From Myxococcota bacterium (GTDB lineage: Bacteria > Myxococcota_A > SURF-8): DNA of 64,000 nucleotides. The DNA lies in contig OZ223209.1 of the NCBI GenBank assembly GCA_965140415.1, forward strand, positions 896,001 to 960,000. Reading direction: 5' to 3'. Below, piece after piece: positions 44,240-54,250 of this stretch; the first letter of the stretch is position 1; the number at the start of each line of letters is the position of its first letter. The notes under the pieces are model-generated. The model saw only the letters and a list, made by a program, of their open reading frames with translations. It searched no databases and was not told the DNA's origin. The position numbers were made by a program, and so were the translations under genes.

Positions 44240-44311
44240 AATTGTTAGTTCTACCGAACCGAAAGTGAAGTGATTTTATTTCGTTACAACTCCGACGCGG
44301 CGCGAATGTTC

Positions 44312-44340
44312 TTGACAAAACGCGACATTTGAAATACAAG
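44312..44340 (+). promoter_or_regulatory. Possible sigma70 promoter of the nuo operon
   Basis: TTGACA-N17-TACAAG, about 135 nt upstream of nuoE. Confidence 0.45.
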
Positions 44341-44474
44341 TCAGGGTCACGATCCGCCGTGCGGTAACCATCATAATTCGCGGATTACCGGTATTTTTCC
44401 TCATTGGTTGGAATGCAAATGGCCAAACGTGGGGGAAACGACGTCAACAGACCAATACATGTACAGGTGCAAAC

Positions 44475-44948
44475 ATGGCGCTGGAGTTCTCAGCAGAATC
44501 GGAAGCGCAGATCAAGGATGCCCTGGAGGAGTTTTACACCACCCAGGCAGCCCTTATCCCCGTGCTTTATGTTGCCATCGACCAATTCGGCCATTTGACT
44601 CCGGAAATTCTGGATCTGGTCGCGAAACGGCTCGATTTGCCGCGCATGTTCGTTGAGAGCGTGGCCTCGTTCTACACCATGCTGCACAAGCAGCCGGTGG
44701 GGCGCTATCACGTGCAGGTCTGCCGTACGCTGAGTTGCGCTATGACCGGATCGAAGTCGGTGGTCGAGCATATCAAAAAACGATTGCAGATCGAGCCGGG
44801 CCAGGTGACCGAAGACGGCAAGTTTTCGCTGGAGGAAGTGGAGTGTCTGGCCATATGCGGCACGGCTCCGGCCATGATCATCAATAAAACCAATTACGAA
44901 AATCTTACGATCGAGGCGGTTGACCGTATTCTCGACGAACTCGATTAG
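44475..44948 (+). CDS. nuoE: NADH-quinone oxidoreductase subunit E
   Basis: VASFYTM, QVCRTLSC and EVECLAICGTAP ([2Fe-2S] ligands). Confidence 0.96.
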   Translation: MALEFSAESEAQIKDALEEFYTTQAALIPVLYVAIDQFGHLTPEILDLVAKRLDLPRMFVESVASFYTMLHKQPVGRYHVQVCRTLSCAMTGSKSVVEHIKKRLQIEPGQVTEDGKFSLEEVECLAICGTAPAMIINKTNYENLTIEAVDRILDELD

Positions 44949-44969
44949 TCTCGGCAGCGGAGCATACCC

Positions 44970-46244
44970 ATGACCCAGCTAGTGTTAAGCAGGCGGTTTG
45001 GAAAGCCCGATTCCCATCTGTTGGAAACCTACGAGGCCGACGGCGGCTATCAAGCCGCGCGCAAGGCGCTGGCCATGTCTCCCGACGACGTGATCGAGGA
45101 GATGAAAAAGGCCAATCTGCGCGGGCGCGGCGGCGCGGGTTTCCCTGCCGGAATCAAATGGTCGTTTATGCCCAAGGAAGACGGCAAAACGCATTTTCTG
45201 TGCGTCAACGCCGACGAGGGCGAACCGGGCACCTTCAAAGATCGCGCCCTGATGCGCAACGACCCTCATCAATTGCTTGAGGGCATCATCATCGCCTGCT
45301 ACGCCATGCGCGCCGAGTACAGTTACATTTACGTGCGCGGCGAAATGTGGGACGAAAAGCAGATCCTGTGGGACGCCATCAAGGAATGTCGCGCAAAAGG
45401 CTATTTAGGCAAGGGTATTTTCGGCACCAACGTCAATCTTCACATTGCGGTGCATACCGGCGCGGGCGCGTACGTCTGCGGTGAAGAAACGGCCATGATC
45501 AACTCGATCGAAGGTAAACGCGGCGAGCCGCGCCTGAAGCCGCCTTTCCCTGCCCAGGTCGGTGCGTTCGGCATGCCAACCACTGTCAACAACGTGGAGA
45601 CCATTTCCAACGTGCCGCACGTCATCAATCACGGCGGCGAGTGGTTCAGCGAGTTGAGCCTGGTGGAAAAGGATGGCGGTACGCGGCTTTACGGCATCAG
45701 CGGCGCGGTGAAAAAGCCGGGCCTGTACGAGTTGCCGCAGGGCACCAACATGAAAACGCTGATTTACGACATCGCCGGTGGAATGAAAGACGGCCTGGAA
45801 CTGAAAGCCGTGATTCCGGGCGGCTCGTCCTGTCCGGTGCTGCTGCCGGATGAAATCGACATTCCGCACAGTTACGATGGCCTGCGCGATGCGGGCAGCA
45901 TGGCCGGTTCGGCGGGTCTGATCGTCATTCCGCATACCACCTGTGTGGTGGCGGCCATGAACAACCTGGCGCATTTCTACGCGCATGAATCCTGCGGGCA
46001 GTGTACGCCCTGCCGCGAAGGCACGCACTGGTTGCATCTGCTCATCTCCCGCATCGAGCGCGGCGAGGGCAAAATGGAAGATATCGACACGCTGCTGGAA
46101 GTCTGCCAGAACATGATGGGCACCACCATCTGCCCGCTGTCCGATGCGGCGGCGATGCCGATGAAAGCCTTTGTGACCAAGTTCAGAGACGAATTCGAAG
46201 AGCACGTGAGATTGGGACGCTGTCCGCTGAATGGACAGATCTAG
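44970..46244 (+). CDS. nuoF: NADH-quinone oxidoreductase subunit F
   Basis: LRGRGGAGFP, NADEGEPGTFKDR, GAGAYVCGEET and ESCGQCTPCREG. Confidence 0.97.
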   Translation: MTQLVLSRRFGKPDSHLLETYEADGGYQAARKALAMSPDDVIEEMKKANLRGRGGAGFPAGIKWSFMPKEDGKTHFLCVNADEGEPGTFKDRALMRNDPHQLLEGIIIACYAMRAEYSYIYVRGEMWDEKQILWDAIKECRAKGYLGKGIFGTNVNLHIAVHTGAGAYVCGEETAMINSIEGKRGEPRLKPPFPAQVGAFGMPTTVNNVETISNVPHVINHGGEWFSELSLVEKDGGTRLYGISGAVKKPGLYELPQGTNMKTLIYDIAGGMKDGLELKAVIPGGSSCPVLLPDEIDIPHSYDGLRDAGSMAGSAGLIVIPHTTCVVAAMNNLAHFYAHESCGQCTPCREGTHWLHLLISRIERGEGKMEDIDTLLEVCQNMMGTTICPLSDAAAMPMKAFVTKFRDEFEEHVRLGRCPLNGQI

Positions 46245-46266
46245 CCTATAGAGCGAGGAGCCGACG

Positions 46267-47910
46267 ATGCCAGATATGGTAAAAGTCACGTTCAACGGCG
46301 TCGAGTATGAATTACCTTCCGGACTGACCATTTTGCAGGCGGCCAAGCAGGTCGGGATCGAGATCCCCTATTTCTGCTGGCACGAGCACCTCTCGATCTC
46401 CGGTAACTGCCGCATGTGCCTGGTAGAAGTCAAACCCGGCCCGCCCAAACCACAGATTGCCTGTGCCACGCGCATCGCCGATGGCATGGAAGTGGTGACC
46501 GAAAGCGAGAACATCACCCGCACCCGCAAGGCCGTGCTCGAATTTCTGCTGCTCAATCACCCGTTGGATTGTCCGGTCTGTGATGAAGCCTACGAATGCA
46601 AGTTGCAGGATTACACGTACAAATACGGTTCCTCAGACAGTCGCTTCGTGGATTTCCACAACAAAAAGCGCATTTTCGAGCGCCGCGACCTGGGCAAGCT
46701 CTGGGTGGAAATGAACCGCTGCATCGACTGCACCCGTTGCGTGCGCTATCTCAAGGAAGTGGCGGGCGTGTACGAAATGGACCGCACGCATCGCGGTCAC
46801 GAATTGAAAATCAATACCTACAAAGACGCGTTCGAATCCGATTTCGCCATCAATGCGGCGGATTTATGCCCGGTTGGTGCGCTGGAAGACAAGAAATTCC
46901 ATTTCAAGGCGCGTAATTGGGATCTGGTTCGCACTCCCAGTATCTGCCCGTCCTGCTCGATCGGCTGCAACATTGACATCGATGTATACGAGGGTGAGAT
47001 TCAGCGCCTGTTGCCGCGTGAAAACAACGATGTCAACGCCTGCTGGATCTGCGACTATGGACGCCATAACTATGACTATGTCAACGGTAATCGCCTGGGC
47101 AGCGCCTACCGGCGCATCGATGCGGATCTGGTGGAATGCTCTTATGACGACGCCCTTGAGCAGGCGGCTACAAGCCTGAAGGAAATCAGCGCCGTTCACG
47201 GCGGAGAAGCCATTGGGATGTTGCTGTCGCCACAGATGACCAATGAGGAGTTGTTCACCGGTAAGCAGCTTGCCGAATTGCTCGGTGTTGACCGGGTGGG
47301 CGTGTTGGCCGGATACAATCATCGGCCCATCGTGCCGGTGATGAGCGACATTCTCCCTAAAACGCTGGTCAGCGATGACAAAACGCCCAACAGCACCGGC
47401 GCGCGGCTGATGAATTTGCGCGAAGGCGAAGAGGAATTCACGTTTGCCCACGAACTGCTGACGGCGATTGAAGACGGCAAGATCAAGGGCTTGATCCTGT
47501 TCCACGAAGATCTGGCCGCCATGGAAGGTTTCGACACCGTACAGGTCAAGAAAGCCATGGCGTTATTGGACTTTTTGCTTGTGGTTTCCGTAAAGCCGAC
47601 CGGAATCGGACAGCAGGCGCATGTCGTGCTACCGACATTGACCTATGCCGAAAAGGCAGGCACCTTTACCAATCACCAGAAACGGGTGCAGCGGCTCTAT
47701 AAAGCCGTGACGCCGTTAGCTGGAGTGCTGGGCGAACTGCCTATTCTGACCCGGCTCGGTCGTAAATTCAACGAAACCTTCGGATATGACAAAGTTCGCG
47801 ACGCTTTTGCGGTGCTGTGTGAGAAGGAAACCGCCTTCGCCGGGCTGCAATGGCAGCAAATCGGCGAGCAGGGTGTATTGATTGACGAAGCGAAAACGGA
47901 GTCCGACTAA
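46267..47910 (+). CDS. nuoG: NADH-quinone oxidoreductase subunit G (short form, 547 aa)
   Basis: IPYFCWH...GNCRMCLV, NHPLDCPVCD, RCIDCTRCVR, CPVGAL and CPSCSIGC (N7-type). Confidence 0.94.
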   Translation: MPDMVKVTFNGVEYELPSGLTILQAAKQVGIEIPYFCWHEHLSISGNCRMCLVEVKPGPPKPQIACATRIADGMEVVTESENITRTRKAVLEFLLLNHPLDCPVCDEAYECKLQDYTYKYGSSDSRFVDFHNKKRIFERRDLGKLWVEMNRCIDCTRCVRYLKEVAGVYEMDRTHRGHELKINTYKDAFESDFAINAADLCPVGALEDKKFHFKARNWDLVRTPSICPSCSIGCNIDIDVYEGEIQRLLPRENNDVNACWICDYGRHNYDYVNGNRLGSAYRRIDADLVECSYDDALEQAATSLKEISAVHGGEAIGMLLSPQMTNEELFTGKQLAELLGVDRVGVLAGYNHRPIVPVMSDILPKTLVSDDKTPNSTGARLMNLREGEEEFTFAHELLTAIEDGKIKGLILFHEDLAAMEGFDTVQVKKAMALLDFLLVVSVKPTGIGQQAHVVLPTLTYAEKAGTFTNHQKRVQRLYKAVTPLAGVLGELPILTRLGRKFNETFGYDKVRDAFAVLCEKETAFAGLQWQQIGEQGVLIDEAKTESD

Positions 47911-47985
47911 GAGCCTAACTCAATAGGGTAGGTAAATGCTCCGCAGCCGAATCGGCATGCGGTTGATTATCGGGAGAACGGACAC

Positions 47986-48480
47986 ATGGTAGAAGCGATC
48001 ATTTTCTGGATATTTTCTTTGATGGCGCTGGCTGGAGCGGGGATTTTGATCTTCCATAAAAACCCGATTCACTCGGCGCTGGCGTTGATCATGACGCTAT
48101 TCAGCACCGCTGCACTGTTCGTTCTGCTGCACGCGGGTTTCATTGCGGTTTTGCAGGTTCTGGTTTATGCAGGCGCGATCATGGTGTTGTTCGTCTTCGT
48201 GATCATGCTGCTCAACCTGCAACGCGAAGAGTGGGGCTTGCGCCATATCGCGGTCAAAAAGGCGGTGGCGATCGTGATCTCCGTGGCTATTGCGGTTAAA
48301 TTCGTGACCGTTGTGGCTTTTGCCAATGTGCCGCGAGTGCCTCTGCCGGAGAACTTCGGTTCCATCGAAAAGGTCGGCATGCTGATGTTCACGGACTTCT
48401 TGCTGCCTTTCGAAGCGATTGCCGTGGTGCTGCTGGCAGCGGTAGTCGGAGCGGTCGTGATAGCGAAAACGCGCATCTAA
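47986..48480 (+). CDS. nuoJ: NADH-quinone oxidoreductase subunit J
   Basis: NPIHSAL, QVLVYAGAIMVLFVFVIMLL and LPFE. Confidence 0.96.
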   Translation: MVEAIIFWIFSLMALAGAGILIFHKNPIHSALALIMTLFSTAALFVLLHAGFIAVLQVLVYAGAIMVLFVFVIMLLNLQREEWGLRHIAVKKAVAIVISVAIAVKFVTVVAFANVPRVPLPENFGSIEKVGMLMFTDFLLPFEAIAVVLLAAVVGAVVIAKTRI

Positions 48481-48489
48481 CGGGGAGGA

Positions 48490-48816
48490 GTGATTCCCAT
48501 GGAATGGTTGACAACGATAACGCTGAATCACTACCTGGCCCTGGCGGTCATCCTGTTTCTGACTGGCATGACCGGGGCGATTCTGCGTAAAAACGGACTG
48601 ATTGTCTTTATGTGCATCGAACTGATGCTCAATGCTGCGAATCTGGTCTTTATTGTGTTTGCCGCAAAAAACGGCAACGAAATCGGACATGTCATCGTCT
48701 TTTTCGTCATGACCGTAGCGGCGACGGAAGCGGCGGTGGGGCTGAGTATTTTCGTGGCGTTGTTCCGCAATAAAGAAACGGTGTACGTGGACGAAGCGAC
48801 GGAACTGAAACATTGA
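48490..48816 (+). CDS. nuoK: NADH-quinone oxidoreductase subunit K
   Basis: MCIELMLNAANL and VAATEAAVGL. RBS GGAGG. Confidence 0.96.
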   Translation: MIPMEWLTTITLNHYLALAVILFLTGMTGAILRKNGLIVFMCIELMLNAANLVFIVFAAKNGNEIGHVIVFFVMTVAATEAAVGLSIFVALFRNKETVYVDEATELKH

Positions 48817-48886
48817 TTTGTCGCATCGAATGCCGAAGCTTCGGCAGGATCGATTCGGTCGTCATATGCGAATACGAGGATAAACG

Positions 48887-50971
48887 ATGAGCCATCACGA
48901 CCATGAACACGAACAGGGAGCGGTTGCAGCCCAGCCGGTAGGCGCAGGAACGTATGTCCTGTGGGTGCTGGCGGCGGTATTGGCAGCGGTTTTCTTCGCT
49001 CTGAGACTTCGCAGCGCATCGGAGCTGCACCTGGAGCAATGGCTGTTCCTGATTCCCCTGATGCCTGCGGTGGGTGCGCTGATCAACGGCGTATTTCTGA
49101 ACAAGCTGCCCAAGTCGCTGGTAACGGCCTTGGCGGTGGGCAGTGTCGCCGTCAGCTTCTTCATTTCGCTGACGCTATTCATCAGCATGAAAGTCGGCGG
49201 GGAAGCGCTGCACCAGGTCGTGTACAACTGGATGAGCAGCGAAACGATGTCGGTGAATGTCGCCTTCACAATGGACGGCCTTTCCGGCGTCATGGCACTG
49301 GTGGTTTCCGGCGTCGGTTCCCTGATTCACATCTATTCGATCGGTTACATGGCGCATGATAAAAGCTATGCGCGTTACTTCACCTACCTGAATATCTTCA
49401 CGTTTTCGATGTTGACGCTGGTAATGGCCGACAGTCTGCCGCTGATGTTCGTCGGCTGGGAAGGTGTGGGCCTGTGCTCCTACCTGCTGATCGGCTTCTG
49501 GTTCGAAGACAACGAGAAAGCCAGCGCGGGTAAAAAAGCCTTTATCGTCAACCGTATCGGCGACATGGGCTTTGTGATCGCCATGATGATCCTGTTCTGG
49601 CAGGCGGGCACCTTGCAATATGAGGGTCTGCGCGCCGCCGCCGGATCGATTCCTACTGTCTGGGTATTGGTGGCGACCTTGCTGCTCTTTTTCGGCGCTA
49701 CCGGCAAATCGGCACAGATTCCGCTTTATGTCTGGCTGCCCGACGCCATGGCCGGTCCTACACCGGTGAGCGCGCTAATCCACGCGGCCACCATGGTGAC
49801 GGCGGGTGTGTATATGATCGCGCGCTTGAGCTTCCTGTACGTCTTGGCTCCGCAGGCCATGATGGTCGTGGCCATCGTCGGTGCAGTGACAGCGCTGTTT
49901 GCCGCCACAATCGGCTTATTCCAGTATGATATCAAGAAGGTGCTGGCTTACTCCACTGTAAGTCAGCTTGGATTCATGTTCCTGGGTGTCGGCGTTGGCG
50001 CTTTTGCCGCCGGTATTTTCCACCTGATGACGCACGCCTTTTTTAAGGCCTGCCTCTTCTTGGGTTCCGGCTCGGTCATTCACGGCATGCATGGCGAGCA
50101 GGACATCCGTGTAATGGGTGGGCTGGACAAGCTGATGCCCATTACCAGCAAAACCTTTTTCGTCAGTTGTCTGGCGATTGCTGGCATTCCGCCGCTGGCG
50201 GCTTTCTTCAGTAAAGACGAAATCCTGTATAAAGCGTTCTCCGTCCATTACGGTTCGCCCAGTTGGTTGGGAGTCGCGTTATGGATCGTGGGTGCGGTGG
50301 CGGCGGCCTGTACGTCGTTTTATATGTTCCGCCTCTATTACATGACCTTCTCCGGCGAATGCCGCGCCCCGGAAGAGACCAAGAAAAAGGGCATTCACGA
50401 ATCGCCTTATACCATGACGATCCCCTTGATTGTACTGGCATTTCTGGCCATCGTCGGTGGTTGGGTCGGCATGCCGCACATCTTCCATATGTTCCCCAAT
50501 GTCTTCGAAGCCAACCTGCATGAAGTGCTGGAGCCGGCCAACAAGGTCATGGGCGAGCACCACGGTTCCGTGGCGCTGGAATGGGCCCTGATGCTGATCT
50601 CCACCGGTATCGCCTTTGGCGGCTGGTTCGTGGCCCGCGCGCTGTACAAGGACAACAAGAGCGAGGTTCCGGCGCGTATGAAAGAACGTTTCGCCGGAAT
50701 TCACAAGGTGATTTTCAACAAATACTACGTGGACGAAGGCTACTTCTACGTATTTATCCGTCCGCTGGTCAATTTCTCCACCTTCCTGTGGGGCTTTGTG
50801 GATACGGTGCTGGTTGATGGTGTGTTGGTGCGTGTTTCCGCCTGGATGGTGCGTTCGGTGGGCGAAGGCGTGCGTTTCGTGCAGACCGGCAACGTTCAGA
50901 CGTACCTGTTGGCTTTTCTAATCGGGACGGCGGCGTTCTTGATTTACCTGTGGCAGGGAGCCGCAATGTAG
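48887..50971 (+). CDS. nuoL: NADH-quinone oxidoreductase subunit L
   Basis: FVGWEGVGLCSYLLIGFW, GKSAQIPLYVWLPDAMAGPTPVSALIHAATMV and HAFFKA. Confidence 0.97.
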   Translation: MSHHDHEHEQGAVAAQPVGAGTYVLWVLAAVLAAVFFALRLRSASELHLEQWLFLIPLMPAVGALINGVFLNKLPKSLVTALAVGSVAVSFFISLTLFISMKVGGEALHQVVYNWMSSETMSVNVAFTMDGLSGVMALVVSGVGSLIHIYSIGYMAHDKSYARYFTYLNIFTFSMLTLVMADSLPLMFVGWEGVGLCSYLLIGFWFEDNEKASAGKKAFIVNRIGDMGFVIAMMILFWQAGTLQYEGLRAAAGSIPTVWVLVATLLLFFGATGKSAQIPLYVWLPDAMAGPTPVSALIHAATMVTAGVYMIARLSFLYVLAPQAMMVVAIVGAVTALFAATIGLFQYDIKKVLAYSTVSQLGFMFLGVGVGAFAAGIFHLMTHAFFKACLFLGSGSVIHGMHGEQDIRVMGGLDKLMPITSKTFFVSCLAIAGIPPLAAFFSKDEILYKAFSVHYGSPSWLGVALWIVGAVAAACTSFYMFRLYYMTFSGECRAPEETKKKGIHESPYTMTIPLIVLAFLAIVGGWVGMPHIFHMFPNVFEANLHEVLEPANKVMGEHHGSVALEWALMLISTGIAFGGWFVARALYKDNKSEVPARMKERFAGIHKVIFNKYYVDEGYFYVFIRPLVNFSTFLWGFVDTVLVDGVLVRVSAWMVRSVGEGVRFVQTGNVQTYLLAFLIGTAAFLIYLWQGAAM

Positions 50972-50983
50972 GAGCTTGGTGAT

Positions 50984-52579
50984 ATGAACCTGGAAAGCAT
51001 CCATATTCTGTCCTTACTGACGTTCTTGCCCCTGGTGGGCGCACTGGTTGTTGCGCTGCTGCCTGCGTCGGAAAAAGGGGCCATCCGGGGCTTCACGCTG
51101 GCCTGGAGCGCGCTGGTGTTCGTGCTGTCTTTGCCGGTGCTGTTTGCCTTCAAGGAAGGCTCGGCGGCCATGCAGTTTGTCGAGGCGGTCGAGTGGATTC
51201 CCACCTTCGGCATCGGCTACCGGGTCGGTGTGGACGGCATCTCGCTGTTGATCGTGATGCTGACGACCTTTTTAACGCCGCTGGTGGTGCTTAGTGCCTT
51301 CCGTGCGGTGGAAAAGGGCGTGAAAGGCTTCATGTTCTCGATTCTCTTCCTTGAAACCGGCATGATCGGCACGCTGGTTTCCACCGACATCTTCCTGTTC
51401 TACATCTTCTGGGAATTGATGCTGATTCCGATGTACTTCCTGATCGGCATCTGGGGCGGGGAGAAGCGGATTTACGCAGCCGTCAAATTCTTCATTTACA
51501 CGATGGTCGGCTCGCTGTTGATGCTGGTGGCGATCATCTATCTGTACATGGTCTACGCGCAGCAGAACGGCGTGTATACCACCGATTTGAACATGCTGAT
51601 CAGCACGGCCCTGCCGGTCAAAGCACAGATTCTGATGTTCGGTGCGTTTGCCCTGGCCTTTGCCATCAAGGTGCCGATGTTTCCCTTCCACACCTGGTTG
51701 CCCGATGCGCATACCGAAGCGCCGACTGCCGGTTCCGTGATCCTGGCTGGCGTTTTATTGAAGCTTGGAACCTACGGATTCCTGCGTTTCGCCATTCCGC
51801 TCTTCCCGGTGGCGGCTCAGTACGCCATGCCCGTGATCGCCGCGCTGGCGATTATCGGTATCATTTACGGGGCGCTGGTGGCGATGGTGCAGAAGGACGT
51901 CAAACGCCTGGTGGCATACAGTTCGGTGTCTCACCTTGGCTTCTGTATGCTGGGTATTGCGGCGATGAACGTGCAAGCGGTGGAAGGCTCGATTTACCAG
52001 ATGTTGAATCATGGTATCTCCACCGGCGCGCTGTTCTTGATCGTCGGTGTGATTTACGAACGTCGTCATACTCGTTTGATCAGTGAATTCGGTGGCTTGT
52101 CCAAAGTCATTCCGGCCTTTGCCGCGTTTTTCATGATCACCACCTTAAGTTCGATCGGCCTGCCGGGTTTGAACGGCTTCGTGGGCGAATTCATGATTTT
52201 AATCGGCAGCTTCCGTTCGGAGTCGCTGCCCTATGCCCCGGTCTTTACCATTCTGGCTTCTACCGGAGTGCTGCTGGGTGCGATTTACATGCTGTGGATG
52301 TTCCAGCGTGTAATGTTCGGGCCTGTAACCAACGAGAAAAACGAACATTTAGAAGATTTGAACCTGCGCGAATACATCGTGCTGGTTCCCTTGATTCTGA
52401 TGATGTTCTTTATGGGATTGTATCCCAATTATTTCCTGCGCAAAATGGACGCCAGTGTGGAAGCGCTGGTTCAGGATTACAATACGAAGATTTCCACCTA
52501 TAACGCCGGACTGCTGCCCGATGCCGAGCAGCCGTCGATGAAACTGGTGGAACTTCGCGAACGTAACGGTGAGCAATAG
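50984..52579 (+). CDS. nuoM: NADH-quinone oxidoreductase subunit M
   Basis: FWELMLIPMY, KVPMFPFHTWLPDAHTEAPTAGS and LVAYSSVSH. Confidence 0.97.
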   Translation: MNLESIHILSLLTFLPLVGALVVALLPASEKGAIRGFTLAWSALVFVLSLPVLFAFKEGSAAMQFVEAVEWIPTFGIGYRVGVDGISLLIVMLTTFLTPLVVLSAFRAVEKGVKGFMFSILFLETGMIGTLVSTDIFLFYIFWELMLIPMYFLIGIWGGEKRIYAAVKFFIYTMVGSLLMLVAIIYLYMVYAQQNGVYTTDLNMLISTALPVKAQILMFGAFALAFAIKVPMFPFHTWLPDAHTEAPTAGSVILAGVLLKLGTYGFLRFAIPLFPVAAQYAMPVIAALAIIGIIYGALVAMVQKDVKRLVAYSSVSHLGFCMLGIAAMNVQAVEGSIYQMLNHGISTGALFLIVGVIYERRHTRLISEFGGLSKVIPAFAAFFMITTLSSIGLPGLNGFVGEFMILIGSFRSESLPYAPVFTILASTGVLLGAIYMLWMFQRVMFGPVTNEKNEHLEDLNLREYIVLVPLILMMFFMGLYPNYFLRKMDASVEALVQDYNTKISTYNAGLLPDAEQPSMKLVELRERNGEQ

Positions 52580-52629
52580 GATATTCACCGGATTTGATGG
52601 TGAATCAGCACCTGTAAGGAGCCGGGTAC

Positions 52630-54114
52630 ATGCAGATATCGTTCAACCCTGCCGATCTGTCGCACATGTTGCCGTGGATCATCGTGGTCATTTTCGCAAT
52701 GGCCGTGCTTTTGATCGATGTGGTCGCCAACAAGGAAACCGACCGCGCCTACGCCGGATGGCTGACGCTGGCCGGGCTGGGTTGCGCCTTCGCGCTGAAC
52801 CTGTGGCAGTGGGGCCAGCCGTCGGTTGCCGTGTTTTCCAACATGGCGGTAGTCGACCGCTTCGGTTTGTTCTTCAACGGCGTATTTCTCGCGGCAGCGG
52901 CGCTCTCAACGCTATTGGGAATGACTTTCTTCAAGGAACACGGCCTGCATCGCGGTGAATTCTACGCGCTGATGCTGATGTCGGTAGCCGGCATGATGCT
53001 GATGGGCATGGTCAACGACCTGCTGATGTTCTTTGTAGCGTTGGAAGTCATGTCGATTCCGGTATACGTTCTGGCCGCTTACCAGCGCCACCTGAACCAA
53101 TCCATCGAATCCGCCCTGAAATACTTCCTAATGGGCGCCTTCAGCACCGCGTTCTTGCTGATGGGTATTGCATTTACCTACGGTGCGGTTGGAAACACCA
53201 ACTTGATCAACATCATGGAGTTCATCAAATCTAACGGTATCGCCGGTGCTCCGCTGTTGCCGCTGGGCATGGTTTTCGTGCTGGTCGGTTTTGCCTTCAA
53301 AGCGGCTCTGGTGCCGTTTCACATGTGGACGCCCGATGTCTACGAGGGCGCTCCCTCTCCGGTGACGGGCTTTATGGCGGCGGCGGTAAAAGCCGCTGGT
53401 TTCGCTGCCTTCGTGCGCGTCTTCATCACGGCCTTCTATTTCCTCAAGCTGGGTGATTTCGGCTGGTACAACCTGTTATGGGTGGTGGCGGTCGCCACGA
53501 TGACGCTGGGTAATTTCGCCGCGCTGGTGCAGGACAACGTCAAGCGCATGCTGGCTTATTCTTCCATCGCTCACGCAGGCTATCTGCTGGTCGGTTTCCT
53601 GACGATCACCCAGAGCCCGGAGAACAACGGCGCGGCCAGTTTGCTGTTTTACCTGCTGGTGTATACCTTCATGAACCTGGGCGCTTTCGGCGTGGTAATC
53701 CTGTTCGGCAAGCGCGACCAGGAGAACCTGCTGGTGAGCAAAGGCTGGGGTGGTATCGGATTGCGCGCTCCTTTCCTGGGCGTCGCCATGACGATCTTCA
53801 TGCTGTCGTTGGCCGGGATTCCACCCACCGCCGGATTTATGGCCAAGTTCTACATTTTCAAGTCCGCCATCGATCAGGGCCTGGTGGTCATTACCGTGCT
53901 GGCGGTATTGAACTCGCTGATTTCGGTGTATTACTATCTGCGAATCCTGGTGTTCATGTACATGGTTCCCGAAACCGAGAACGCCGTGCAGCCGTCGTTG
54001 GCGCTGCCTGCCACACTGGCCGTCGTTTCCGCTGTCATCGTCACTCTTGGATTGGGTATACTGCCCGGTTCGATGCTGACCTATGCGCAACAGGCGGTGC
54101 AGTCGCTCTTCTAA
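52630..54114 (+). CDS. nuoN: NADH-quinone oxidoreductase subunit N
   Basis: ESALKYF, PFHMWTPDVYEGAP, KRMLAYSSIAHAGY and SLAGIPP. Confidence 0.97.
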   Translation: MQISFNPADLSHMLPWIIVVIFAMAVLLIDVVANKETDRAYAGWLTLAGLGCAFALNLWQWGQPSVAVFSNMAVVDRFGLFFNGVFLAAAALSTLLGMTFFKEHGLHRGEFYALMLMSVAGMMLMGMVNDLLMFFVALEVMSIPVYVLAAYQRHLNQSIESALKYFLMGAFSTAFLLMGIAFTYGAVGNTNLINIMEFIKSNGIAGAPLLPLGMVFVLVGFAFKAALVPFHMWTPDVYEGAPSPVTGFMAAAVKAAGFAAFVRVFITAFYFLKLGDFGWYNLLWVVAVATMTLGNFAALVQDNVKRMLAYSSIAHAGYLLVGFLTITQSPENNGAASLLFYLLVYTFMNLGAFGVVILFGKRDQENLLVSKGWGGIGLRAPFLGVAMTIFMLSLAGIPPTAGFMAKFYIFKSAIDQGLVVITVLAVLNSLISVYYYLRILVFMYMVPETENAVQPSLALPATLAVVSAVIVTLGLGILPGSMLTYAQQAVQSLF

Positions 54115-54142
54115 AAGGCAGATACAATCTGTTGGAAATTCC

Positions 54143-54168
54143 CAGGGGCCGTCATAAGACGGCCCCTG
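54143..54168 (+). terminator. Perfect 11-bp hairpin after nuoN (terminator or REP-like)
   Basis: CAGGGGCCGTC-ATAA-GACGGCCCCTG. The U-tract is weak. Confidence 0.55.
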
Positions 54169-54250
54169 ATGGTTTATGGGGTCCTTGACAGAATACCACG
54201 GGCTTGCCCGTGGATGAATGAGCCCAAACATGGGGAGCAGGACAGGAGCC

